DNA of 64,000 nt, taken from contig OX597814.1 of NCBI GenBank assembly GCA_951406725.2, forward strand, positions 49,848,001-49,912,000. Direction: 5' to 3'. Within the stretch, counting starts at the first letter, position 1. The number at the start of each line of letters is the position of its first letter. The translations under genes were made by a program, and so were the position numbers. Of the stretch, positions 1-11,528 are shown piece by piece. The notes beneath the pieces were generated by a model that searched no databases, had not been told where the DNA came from, and saw only the letters and a list, made by a program, of their open reading frames with translations. This stretch comes from Octopus vulgaris. Taxonomy: Eukaryota.

Positions 1-434
1 AGGTAACATATGGCATGAAGGAAGGCAAGTCAACGAACAGGGGAAATTCACAGAGCCATTCCTCCTATGTAGTATCGATTCTTATGTATCGTTTTGTAAT
101 TTATGTTCCAATTTTTCTTTCCTTTTTTTTTTTACTCGTTCAACTTTTGGAAATGGTAAAGCTCTGGCCTCCCGATAAGTCAGTTTCGTTGTTGGACGTG
201 GAATGCAACGAGTCGAAAGAAACATCAAAAAGCATTTTGCTAACCCAATTATTATAACCAACATTTTAAATAATACTAGTAATATTATTGCGCATAGATA
301 GAGGTCACGTAAATACTTTTAATCAAATTCTTTCTAAATAAATTTGAACCCATTTCCGAACCGAATACAATAACTTCTATATTTTGTAATTGTTTACTTT
401 CAATTTTAAAATTTAACTTTTATGTTGTAGCAAA

Positions 435-660
435 GGTAGCGAGCAGGCAGAATCGTTACTATACCAGGCGAAATACTTAGCGGCATTCCGTTCCTCTTTA
501 CGTTCTGAATTCAAATTCCACCGAGGTCAACTTTGGTTTCCACCCTTTCAGGGTCGATAGAGTTAGTAGAAATTGAACTCTGAAGCCGATGTAATCGACT
601 TCGACTTACTCAAAATGCCTAAAAATTGTTGGCTTTGTGCCAAAATTTGAAACTAATAAT
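435..660 (+). mobile_element. tRNA-derived SINE (family A, core ctttcatcctttcggggtcgat)
   Basis: tRNA-like head with A-box-like (ggcagaatcgtta) and B-box-like (gaattcaaattcc) segments, followed by a core shared with many dispersed copies in the window. Confidence 0.8.
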
Positions 661-872
661 CCTTTCTGTTATAGGTACAAGGCCTGGAATTTTGAGGGTG
701 TGGGCTAGTCCATCTAGTCAACTCCAGGGATGGACTGATACTGAATTTATAGACCCCGAAAGGATGAAAGGTAAATCCGACCACATCGGAATTTGAACTC
801 GGAACGTAAAGACAGGCGAAATGCCGCTAAACATTTTATCTGACGCGCTAACGATTCTACTAGATCATCGCC
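661..872 (-). mobile_element. tRNA-derived SINE family A, tail-to-tail with the 435-660 copy
   Basis: Reverse complement matches head and core (gaccccgaaaggatgaaagg ... atttgaactc ... gctaacgattct). Confidence 0.8.
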
Positions 873-918
873 TTCAACATTACTGGTTTCAAATTTTGGC
901 CCAAGTTCACCAACTTTA

Positions 919-1066
919 TGTTCTTATTTCAAATTCTGCGAAGGTCGACTTCGGCTTTCATCCTTTCGGGGTCGATAAAATAAGTTGCGGTTGAACTCTG
1001 GGATCGACGTAATCGACCTACACCCTCCCCCTAAATTGCTGGCCATGTGCCAAAATTTGAAACCAA
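919..1066 (+). mobile_element. 5'-truncated SINE family A
   Basis: ttcaaattctgcgaaggtcgact...tttcatcctttcggggtcgataaaataag...gtgccaaaatttgaaacc. Confidence 0.75.
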
Positions 1067-1292
1067 TATTAATGAGCTTAGATATTAAGAAACTCCAGCA
1101 ATAGCCACTCCCTATTTTCTAAAGATGGTAGGTTTAGATTTGAGCAAAATATAACCGCTATTTCTCGTATTCCGAGTTATCTCGTAGAGGGCACCGGTTG
1201 GCCTGTTAACACACATGCAGAATGTGATGGTAACCAAATGTGATGCGGAGGATAGAGTCAGTTCGAGAACGATAGTTGCCGTTGCTCTAGAC

Positions 1293-2607
1293 TACTGGTT
1301 CTCAATTGTGGTCTATTAAGCGCATGGGGAGTCCATATAAAATTTTGCTGCTTAAGTTTATGTGAAATAAATCGGTTATATTTCTACAATACACAAAGTA
1401 TTAAAAAAATTTAAAAAATAATATCTAATAATATTTAATAAATAAAATAAGATTGGATTTTTAAACATGGAATGGTTCTGACTATCTAGTATATATAAAT
1501 CACTGTATGTGTGTACATTTCCACAATCTTTAATCGATTTTCACCAAACTTTACATACACATTACTTATGTTCCAAGAACGGTCATGTACTATAACATTT
1601 TGCCCAGAGCTCCCGCGTAAGTGGACCTAAATGGACATAGATTTTTTGTATGTAGGGTTTTCCATAGTTTTAAAATCCTTTTATAAAGGTGAAAATATTT
1701 TGTCTATTTATTTCGACTGTCTAGTTGCCACAGTGATTAAATTAACTAGGATCACTGTACGCGATGAATATCCAATACCAAACAATCTTAATCTCCTTAT
1801 TTGAACTGCATTAAACTTTGACAAGCTTACCTTTAACTATTCTGAGTTACTTGAAACGTGATGCTCCCTTCCATCTCTTCTATTTTTTTACTGTTGTCCA
1901 TTGTTTCAATACGTTTTATCGTTGTCGTTCTAGCCTTTTTTAAACAATCCAATCTTTAAAAAAGAGTTTTTTCTTCCACTAGTGAAAGCTATACGTATCT
2001 TTCAGAAAGTTCCATACGAATTTAACTTTATACCGCATTCACTTTTAGTTTATGCGCAGGCTATGTGGGGAGACAGAATAAAGGGGCTTTTGTAAGCTTA
2101 TCTCTCCGAAAAAATAGCCCTCTTTGCTGTTGAAAAAAATAAATTCGTAGAGAAAAAGTTTCCATGTCTTCCTTCAATTTCATTACATCATTTATGTGGC
2201 TGTTTCTGACAAGAAATTTTGCCTTCATGTAAGACAACTATATTTTGTAGTCATTATCGGTAATTTACTCCCCAAATACTTCAGTAGCTGTACTTTGCTT
2301 CGCTTGCAAACTTATATGTTCTGTGATCATTAAAGTGCAACGACCTCCACAATAACCAGCCTTCAATTTGATTTTCCGTTCCTAGGCTAATCGGAAACAT
2401 AGATTGCCGTGCTACTCATAAGCCTTCTCAGTAGTTCAATTATTTGGTGAAAAAATGCCACCAAAGCAACTTAAACCGTCCAAAGGACGGGTGCGTTTGC
2501 TAGTTTAATAATAACTGTTATAATATTTGATAATGAAAATATAATTGGATTTTTTAAACATGGAATCAAAAGGCTTCATAGATATAAAAAATTGTTGAGA
2601 ACCACTG
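1293..2607. mobile_element. Non-autonomous hAT-type DNA transposon (MITE) with 8-bp TSD, interrupted by a Helitron
   Basis: TIRs tactggttctcaa (1293) and ttgagaaccactg (ends 2607). Identical 8-bp flanks CTCTAGAC at 1285-1292 and 2608-2615. Confidence 0.85.
1485..2503 (+). mobile_element. Non-autonomous Helitron
   Basis: 5' TC (tctagtatatataaa) after an A. Subterminal hairpin ccgtcc-aaa-ggacgg (2476-2490), 3' CTAG (2500-2503) followed by T. No TSD. Confidence 0.75.
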
Positions 2608-2699
2608 CTCTAGACTTTATTTATATGAATTCTAGCTCAATGTTTTAAAATTAAATGAAGTTATTGAAAGTTGATCGTATTTTTGATGTATGTCTTTTT

Positions 2700-4200
2700 T
2701 GTTTGTCTGGACTGAGTTCTTAGGAGAACACGATAGTACTATTTTGGGGTTGTGTATACAAGTGTGCGTGTTTGTGGGGAAGTGAATGAAACGATTGCAG
2801 TATACTAGGAAATGACTGGGAGAGGCAGGGCTAGTATAATCAGTAATAGGTCTAACGATGTGTTTGCATACTAGTGCTGTTGTCTCCTCTACTGTTGACT
2901 ATAGTAGTGCTCCTGAGTGTTCGAAATATGTTCATACGATGTTTTACCTTCTTTATCATGCTTTTTATGTGAGCTGTTAATGTTCGGAAGTCTCTAGAAT
3001 GACTGCTGGCACTTTTGGTTTCTGCATATATAGTATGTTTATGTTATTGACTGTAGTAGTTGGATGTATGTGATATTCTTTAGTGTTAGCAAAAAAATGA
3101 GCCTCTTGTTTTGGAGTTAGGGTTTTAGATGGGAGTATATGAATGTCATGTCAACGTGTAAGTATTGTGTATGCTTTTTTTGAAAAGGAATGAGATGGTT
3201 GTGAGAGAACAGGTTTTTATAACATATGATCCAAGAAATTAAAGATGCTATATGTGTTGTTTTTTTCATTATTATACAGGCTTGACAATTCCAAAGGTAG
3301 CTTTGGTGAAGAAAGCAAATAAAATTTAGAGTATGGAATTTGAGTAGTGTGGTGGGTGGCTATGGTAATTTGAAATCGCATTATGAGCAGTAGAGAAATA
3401 TGAGTGGGTTGGTGATGACGAGAATAACTCTGTTTTAGACATTAAATAATAATCAGTCAATGAGGTTCTTTTTCGTTTGAGTGCTTATATTACTTTAAAA
3501 TTGTTATGCTTTGCGCAGTTTACAGACCCGAGGATGAGTAGATGGTGATATGACGAGCTGAAGGTGATGGGAACGACAATTATTCATTCAGACATCAAGA
3601 GTTTTATATGAATGATTATAAGTTTGTTAGACTCTAAAGCTTTCGAATTTTTGGATTGTTGTTCGAGGTTATGTTAAGTAAAAAAAATATTGTTTACTAA
3701 AGAAATATTGTAATGAGTATAATAGAATACAAGGTTAATATATGTTGTCTAAAACGTAAAGGGACTTCAGTAATGGTTTTGTGTTACTTCTAATGCTGTA
3801 CGCATTATTTTGTACCACAGTGTATAGTATTCATTGAAGTTTTCTCAGTGATTGGGGCGGGGATATTTTTAAGGTGTTTCAGAGGTAAAATGTAAGTTGC
3901 TGGGACAGTTAGTAATGTAAGTAGGGGAATATATATGTTTATTATGGTTACGTGTTTCATGTTGCTAGTTGTGTGTTTCATGTTGCTGGTTATGTGTTTT
4001 AGGATTAGTTTGAATGTTGAAGTATGTTGTGCCGAAGTAGAGTTTATGTATAATATGAAACCTCCATCGTGGTTGTGTAGGCGCTTCATAACACACATAA
4101 GGCGGATGCTTCATAATATACATAAATGCATGCAACCAATGCATTACAAATGACACTCGAACACTACTTCAGCACGACATGCTAGAGCATTCGAACTGAA
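2700..4200 (-). pseudogene. Possible highly decayed APE-type LINE 5' region
   Basis: Strong A/C bias on the minus strand. LWNCQAC near 3290 resembles the APE N-terminal WNCRG motif. No continuous ORF. Confidence 0.25.
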
Positions 4201-6232
4201 AAGCAGCAACACGAAGCACATGACTGTAATAACCAAACATGCTGGGAATTGCGATGTTGGCTGTTTTTATGTGGAAACATGGGCATAAGAATAGAGATAA
4301 TGGCGGTACTTCCGGTGATATATATTGTATGGAGTTGAGTCACCAATATTGTTTTTACAACATTGATTTACAGTTTGTTGCAAAAATCTACAAATCTAAA
4401 GGTAAAGAAATAAGTTTGCAACTTTAACCTCCAATTTCCTTTCTAGTTATGACGCCACCTTCTGTTTTCTTTATTATGCTGTATAAATTATTCACTTCTA
4501 TCTTGATCGATGATATCATGTTTGGAAGTTTGATCTACTGCAGCCTTTGTACATTGGGCAATCCTTTGAGACTAAGTAGCAATTTTGTTGTTCAGCGAAA
4601 GACTGGTTGTTATTCAGACTTATAAAACGTCAGTAACCAAATAACACAGCCAAATTGAAAACTGAGACGAACCAATACTGCCAAGGCAATCCATACTGAA
4701 TTATTCTTACCTAATTGGGTGTAAGTATGGCTTAGCAGACTCAATATCTTGTTAGCTTTATTTTCCTGAATTTTTATATAACGGGAATTCAGGCGAATGT
4801 TTTGAAATATATTTTTTATTCATAGCAAGTAGAGAAACAAGAGAATGTAACTAATTTATTCTAACATTTTAGACGTGTTTGTAAATATTGTTGTCATATA
4901 AGACTATAGCAAAGACTACCATGATACTTAATTTCCCAAGTTTTTGAATTGTGAAATAGAAAAATGTATCTTTTGATGTTTCAATCGTGCTGTTTATTGG
5001 CTTAGGGACACTCCTCTCTCTCTAGACATGCCACAAAAACTCACTGTTTTCACACCATTAGACTTACGGAATAAATCAGTGAGGCTGGTCTTTTCTCCAC
5101 GTGTATGTACAGACCTCCTTTTATATGCTCTCTATAGCTTTCTCTCTATCTCTCTTTCTCTCTCTCTCTCTCCCACACACACACACACGCACGCGCGCAC
5201 ACACACGCTACCACAATATAGTCAACTCTCAAAATTGTGACATTAGAAAGCGAAACTGAAACTTTGTGATGACAATACCTGTTGCAAATGTTCAAAATTA
5301 ACATGCTGCTATAAAACCAAATTTGAGCTACTTGTGTTGATGTATATCTAAAGTTACATTTAGTGCTCAGCAAATGTGCAATAAGTAAATGACAATGTAG
5401 CATAAAAAAGCCTATGGTGAGAGAGGGAGAGAGAGAGAGAGGGAGAAAGACAGCGTGAGAGAGAGAGAGAGAGAGAGAGACGGACAGTATGTGAGAGAGC
5501 TCGAGCTCGTGAGAGAAAGACGGAGAGAGCGTGAGAGAGAGAGCTCTGAAAGAGAGAAAGCGTGGGAGAGCGTGTGTGTGTGAGAGAGAGAACATGAATA
5601 AGAAAGAGAGAGAGAGAGCGTGAGGGAGAGAGAGAATAAGAATGGGAATGAGATAGATAGATAGATATATAGAGAGATACTTGCTTTAATTTTTGTAGCA
5701 CATCTGTTTCCTTGGGATTTGAAAAATAAACATAGCAAAAACGCAGCAGTCTAACATTCCTAGAAACATGAGTTGCCACCTTTCCTATGGGTAACCTAGT
5801 TGGTTTGAATGTTCTTTCTAGTTGAACATTTACATGATGCTATCTAGTTGCTACGCAGTAAGTGGCTTGCTTAGAAGATTGATTACTGGTGTGAACAACA
5901 ACAAATCAATAGTTTTGTATCGGGTGGAATCTTTTTGTAGCAGCACTCAAAGAACTAGTTTGCCTGTTTAATCATTTTTGCTATTTTACACCCATTTCAA
6001 CCGAATTTTTTTTCCTAATAAATTATAAAGACAATTTGAACAGATAAATTTTTAAAGTTTGTTGAAAGCTCAATGAATTTACCTTCAAATCAGAAATAAT
6101 ATTGATGCAAATCCTTTGTTATTCTAGCTTAAATATAGCTTTACAATACATTTTACCCAGATTTGGTTCATGGTGTCTACTGCAGACTTTTTACTACTGG
6201 GATGTGATGAATATTTCTTTTCAATTTAGAAC

Positions 6233-6273
<41 letters not shown>

Positions 6274-7524
6274 CTTTTCAACGTAATGTAACTGAAAAGA
6301 AACAAAGAGGAAAAAACGAAAAACAACTTCAAAGAAAGAAAATAAAATATATATGGTTGTAACAAATAGATCACCAAAAATTTATTACTAAATCTATCAT
6401 TTAAAAAGGCCTTTCTGACAGATAGTGCGGTATTGAAGAGATGCCATGCCCGAATGAATAGCTACCAGACCGTCATCAGAGATAATGAGATCCGTATCCG
6501 GTTTCTGTCACTGAGCTGTGTGTATCAGTAATGATATTCTTAATTGCAATTGCTCAGTATACTTAGCTTTAAGCAAGTATAACTTGTAAAATTTACAGCT
6601 GTATGTAGTGGCATTTAATCATTGGCTGACAGTCCAGAGTTCAGTTCTTTTCGAAGGCAAAAGACCAACGGCCTACACTAACACTTCTCGGTCCAGAATT
6701 CGAACGTGTTAAAGAGTGTGGTATGAGCTCACATTTTAGTTAGAGCTGCAAAAGAATTTTTACATGTTTACATTATAACAACCAAATAATGTGTGTGTAT
6801 GTGTGTGTGAGTGTGTGTGTGTGTGTGTGTGTACGTGCTTGTTCGCTTATAATAGTTTAATTTCCAATATATGTACAGGATTTAACTGTTAGTCATTCGG
6901 AAGAACATGAATAATTATTACTTGTCTCAAAAAAATTACACACACAAAAAACAAAAAGTCCTTCAATTGGCCTTTGTATTTGCGCTCTTGTTCTAAATAC
7001 TGATTGGTAGAAAACCTGGTATATAACCGTTCGTTTCAGATTAAATACATCGTGTACGGAAACACGTCTTCCAGCTGGAAGGGGTAGCCATAAGGAGTGG
7101 ACAGCTACATTAAACAAGAATTAGGAATTACTAACATATTCGTATCGATGTACAAACTTCTTGAATCACAACCTGCCCGGGTAACATTATTGGTGTACAT
7201 GTTTTATGACTGAAATGCATCGTGACCACCGAGAATAGTGGATTACCTTTTTGATATCTTTACGAAACCATGAAATGTGTTTTAGACAATAGTTACTTAT
7301 TTAAAAATTTGTATTACCCTCTGCACGCTCCCTAAATGTTTACTGAGCACGTTAATGATATTCCTAATATCTACACCTTTCTTTATAAATATATATGCAT
7401 GAATATACATACATCATTTAAGTATATATGAGCATATCTAGATATGCAATTATATGCATGAGAAAGCATAATAATACAAAACATACGAATCTGCACGTAT
7501 ACATAATACAAAAATACCCTGCAG

Positions 7525-7750
7525 ATGTTGAAATTTCAATGAAGGAGCCCTGGATCTTGGTTAGAAACCGGTACTTTCTCTATTGGTAAGAAATCTTGAA
7601 GTGAAACTGAATAATGACATACATACATACATACACACATACATACACACATACATACACACATACATACATACATGCATACATACATACATACATACAT
7701 ACATACATACATACATACATACATACATACATAAATACATACATACATAT
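7525..7750 (+). repeat. Retroposon 3' end followed by (TACA)n tract
   Basis: ttagaaaccggtactttct resembles the LINE 3' UTR at ~8288 (ttagaaaccagttcctttct). Runs into ~135 bp of (CATA)n. Confidence 0.55.
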
Positions 7751-8333
7751 GCGTTGTCGCAAAACAATATACAATGCCGTTCGGAAAAAAGACTGTCCTG
7801 GAATAAGTATAGAGGATCCCTTTCATATTGACTACAAACGCACACAACAACACAAAGAATACTGGTGGAAAATTCCCAGCAAAACAGCTCTCAAGTGTAA
7901 ACATAACCGGCTGAATATTGTTGTTTGGGACAAACAAGAAAATGTATGTACCGTCATAGAGGTTAGCTGTCCTGCTAATATGAATATCTCTTTGAAAATC
8001 AAAGAGAAAGAGGATAACAATGAACAACTGCTTCGAAACATTCAGCTTCTATTTCCAGGTTATAAATTTACATTTATACCAGTAATAATTGGTGCACTTG
8101 GTTTTGTGAGTAAATGCCTAAGTGAGCATCTGGATAAGCTAGGGTTTTCAGAAATCAACCGACTAACTCGCACATTACAAATACAATCTGTAAGTTGAAC
8201 AATAAAAATATGCAAAACTTTGCTCAAGTTTAAAATGTGACATTGCTTTTGTTTTCTACATTGCAACGATGGAGATTTGTATCTTTATTAGAAACCAGTT
8301 CCTTTCTTAGCTGAAGAATTTAAATACATACAT
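7750..8333 (+). pseudogene. 3' fragment of R4/Dong-like LINE (RLE domain) in (TACA)n
   Basis: YWWKIP..KHNRLNIVVWDKQENVCTVIEVSCP..KEDN..IPVIIGALG is a degenerate PD-(D/E)xK domain. Internal stop at 8198. Ends in tacatacata. Confidence 0.85.
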
Positions 8334-8769
8334 AGTTTACTATTCCATTAAGGGAAGATTAACAACAAAAGTACTCCACCCAGTGAGAGATAAATATCGT
8401 TTAATGTACACAGAATAAAGATATGAGCTACTAATCATTTCTTGTTTGAAAAAGCGGATGTACACTGGTTTTGATAACACGCCTTTTGTCTCCAAGAAAT
8501 TTTTTGGGGCTGAGCACATCATCTATTCAATCTGCAAATCAGAACGGTGGTACAAGAGAAATCACGAGAAGGTAGATGCAAAATGTGGAAGGGTGAATAG
8601 AAACGGGGACAAAAAAAAGAAAAGAAAATTAAAGTTATGTTCCCTATGACCGTAAACCATAATTAAGCGAACTATTGTAGAATAGTTCAATGGAGAGGGT
8701 TACAATGTATGCGAGACAGCCGCTCAATCCTGTGAGGATGACGTCCTCCAGTTTGCCGAAAGAAATTGT

Positions 8770-9623
8770 CCAACCTTCCCAACCACATGATTTCGGGTTC
8801 AGTCCCACTGCGTGGCACAATGGGCAAGTATCCTCTACTGTAGCCTCGGGCCGACCAAAGCCTTGTAAGTGGATTTGGTGACGGAAACTGAAATAATCCT
8901 ATCGCGCGTATATATATATATTATATACATGATAATAATAATATTAGGGAGTAAATCCAAACTTACAGGGAAAAATTAGATTTAGGATTAAATCCAATTT
9001 TATAGTATAAATATATATTATATTAAATTAGAGATAAAACCACTATTAGGCAAATCAAACAGTGAGAATCATAAGCCAATACATAGAAATAAAATTAATT
9101 AAAAAATATAAAAAATATAAAATATAAAATAAGAATCCAATTAAAATATTTAAATTAAAGTTAAAATTTAAATTAATAGTTTAAACTTATAAATTATAAA
9201 TATATATATATTTTTATTATTATTATATTTAATTATTTATTATTTATTTTTTATTTTTATTTATATTTTTTTAATATATTTAAATTTTTTTTATACTATC
9301 AAAAAGTATTAAAAGTTTAATATAAGATAAAGATATTAAACTTTTAATACTTTTTGATAGTATAAAAAAAAATTAAAAATATATTAAAAAAATATTAAAA
9401 AAAAATTAAATATGATAATAATAAAAAAATATATATATTTATAATTTATAAGTTTAAATTATTAATTTAAATAATGTTTTAAATTTTAACTTGAATTTGA
9501 ATATTTTAATTGGATTTTTATTTTATATTTTATATTTTAAAAATTTTTTAATTAATTTTATTTCTATGTATTGGCTTATGATTTTCACTGTTTGATTTGC
9601 CTAATAGTGGTTTTATCTCTAAT

Positions 9624-9675
<52 letters not shown>

Positions 9676-9945
9676 GTGTGTGTATTTATATGCGTGTGTC
9701 TTTGTGTATGTGTGTATTTATATGTGTGTGTCTTTGTGTCTGTGTTTGTCTCCCCACTTTCGCTTGACAACCGATGTTGGCGTGTTTATGTTCATGAAAC
9801 TTAGCGGTTCGGCAAAAGAGACCGATAGAATAAGTACTAGGCTTACAAAGAATAAGTCCTGGGTCAGATTTCTTCGACTAAAGGCGGTGCTCCAGTATGG
9901 CCACACTCAATTGACTGAAACGTGTAAAAACGTAAAAAGTAAAGA
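8770..9945 (+). mobile_element. tRNA-derived SINE family B with internal TA/TG microsatellite, split by a fold-back insert
   Basis: Head 8770-8905 (cgggttcagtcccactgcgtggcac) and 3' part 9735-9945. An intact minus-strand copy lies at 46350-46775. Confidence 0.75.
8932..9632. repeat. Fold-back element, ~300-bp arms and 9-nt loop (same family as 38995-39525)
   Basis: Arms ~9020-9323 and 9333-9631 are reverse complements. Shares aaatccaaacttacagggaaaaat..aaccactattaggcaaatcaaaca with the 39-kb element. Confidence 0.9.
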
Positions 9946-10559
9946 ATATATGTTTGCATTTGCTGAAAAATTTCGGATCTGGAAATCACTAGTTCTATGT
10001 TTCTCCACTTGATTATACGTAGTTCGCAATTAGCCAACTTACTGGTTTTACTTGTTAACAGCACATCGACGAAGGTAATATATGTTTGGTATCTACCAAG
10101 GTCTTGGAGTGTTACCCCCCCCCCCAACACACATACGTCAAATACAAACAAAGATAAAAATGAAAGAAGAGGAATTGTGTACTACTTCATAGGATGGACC
10201 TTCGACCGAAACCAAACGAGTTCTTGAATATCATAAGGAACTACTTCTCTGGGTCCCGAGCACCTGTCACTGCCTTTTATTCTCTTATAGTAGTCCCGAA
10301 CACCACGATATGCTGTTTTGTATAGGACACTATTACGTTGACGTCATCCGCATATGAAAATATTGATATTCCGCATCCTATTTCTAACTTGACATCCCTC
10401 GACATCTCCAACTTCTGCTGTAGTGGCTCTAGAGTCAGTATGTACAGATGTGGAGAGAGGGGACATTCCTGATGATCGAACGCATGATACCGAACAGTTT
10501 TACTTTAACAACAACAACAACAACAACAACAATAATAATAATAATAATAAATAATAATA

Positions 10560-10740
<181 letters not shown>

Positions 10741-10872
10741 GGGAAAATGCAGATGATAAACAAACAAAAAATCCGCCGAAGATGAACAAGAAAAAAAACG
10801 GAGGAGAAAAATAATAGAGTAAAAGGGAGAGATACGGAGAAAAAAAAAGGCAGAAAATGTCGAGGATGACCG

Positions 10873-11420
10873 ATGCAGTACCAGGCAATGGCTCTCATGG
10901 CTTCTGATCTTAACTGATTGGAAGTGTTATCATGTACATTGTTTTGTCTTGGTATAAAAGATGGGCTACAGCAAATATTCTGCTCAATACCACAGATTTG
11001 CTTGTCAGTTGTTTGACCTTAACCAGTTGAGCATGTCCCTTAGTGGCTGACGATATGTGCATCTCTGATCACGAGCAGAAGTAGTGGGGGAGCATCATAG
11101 CCATGTGTTGAGAGGGATTCTTTGGGGTTTGAATAATTCACCTCTGGAAACATGGGTGGTTCTTTCAACATCCTTAAACAACCCTTATTCGAGGACAGCT
11201 TGAGCGGGATGGGCTACTCAACCTGAAGAAAATTCTAACTGGGCCCCACCTGCAAGGTCATGTGCTGTTTATCTTGATATGAGATCACCATGTCGCGCAC
11301 ATATGGTTGTGATGCATGTGCCTGGTGTGCCCTTATCAGACGGGTAGTCATGATGGGTATATTGGGCTTCGTATATTTTACCCCAGTGTCACTTTGATGG
11401 CATGAACTGCTCTCTCACTC
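10873..11420 (+). mobile_element. Non-coding ~550-bp retroposon-like element X with (AAT)n tail
   Basis: No ORF on the + strand and followed by (AAT)n. Its first ~80 nt recur at 57033-57113 (minus). Confidence 0.55.
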
Positions 11421-11439
11421 AATAATAATAATAATAATA

Positions 11440-11515
<76 letters not shown>

Positions 11516-11528
11516 TAATAATAATAAT

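Noticed and set aside
7036-7104. Possible minus-strand terminal exon LSTPYGYPFQLEDVFPYTMYLI* with a plausible acceptor site
   Set aside because: No partner exons or recognisable homology. Upstream sequence (DAF..H, VIP) could equally be a decayed pogo-type DDE relic.
7535-7580. GAAA-ccgg-TA resembling a hammerhead 3' half
   Set aside because: No CUGANGA core or stem I. It lies in a LINE 3' UTR.
11044-11085. CTGACGA in element X
   Set aside because: Followed by GAAG rather than GAAA, and no convincing stems.
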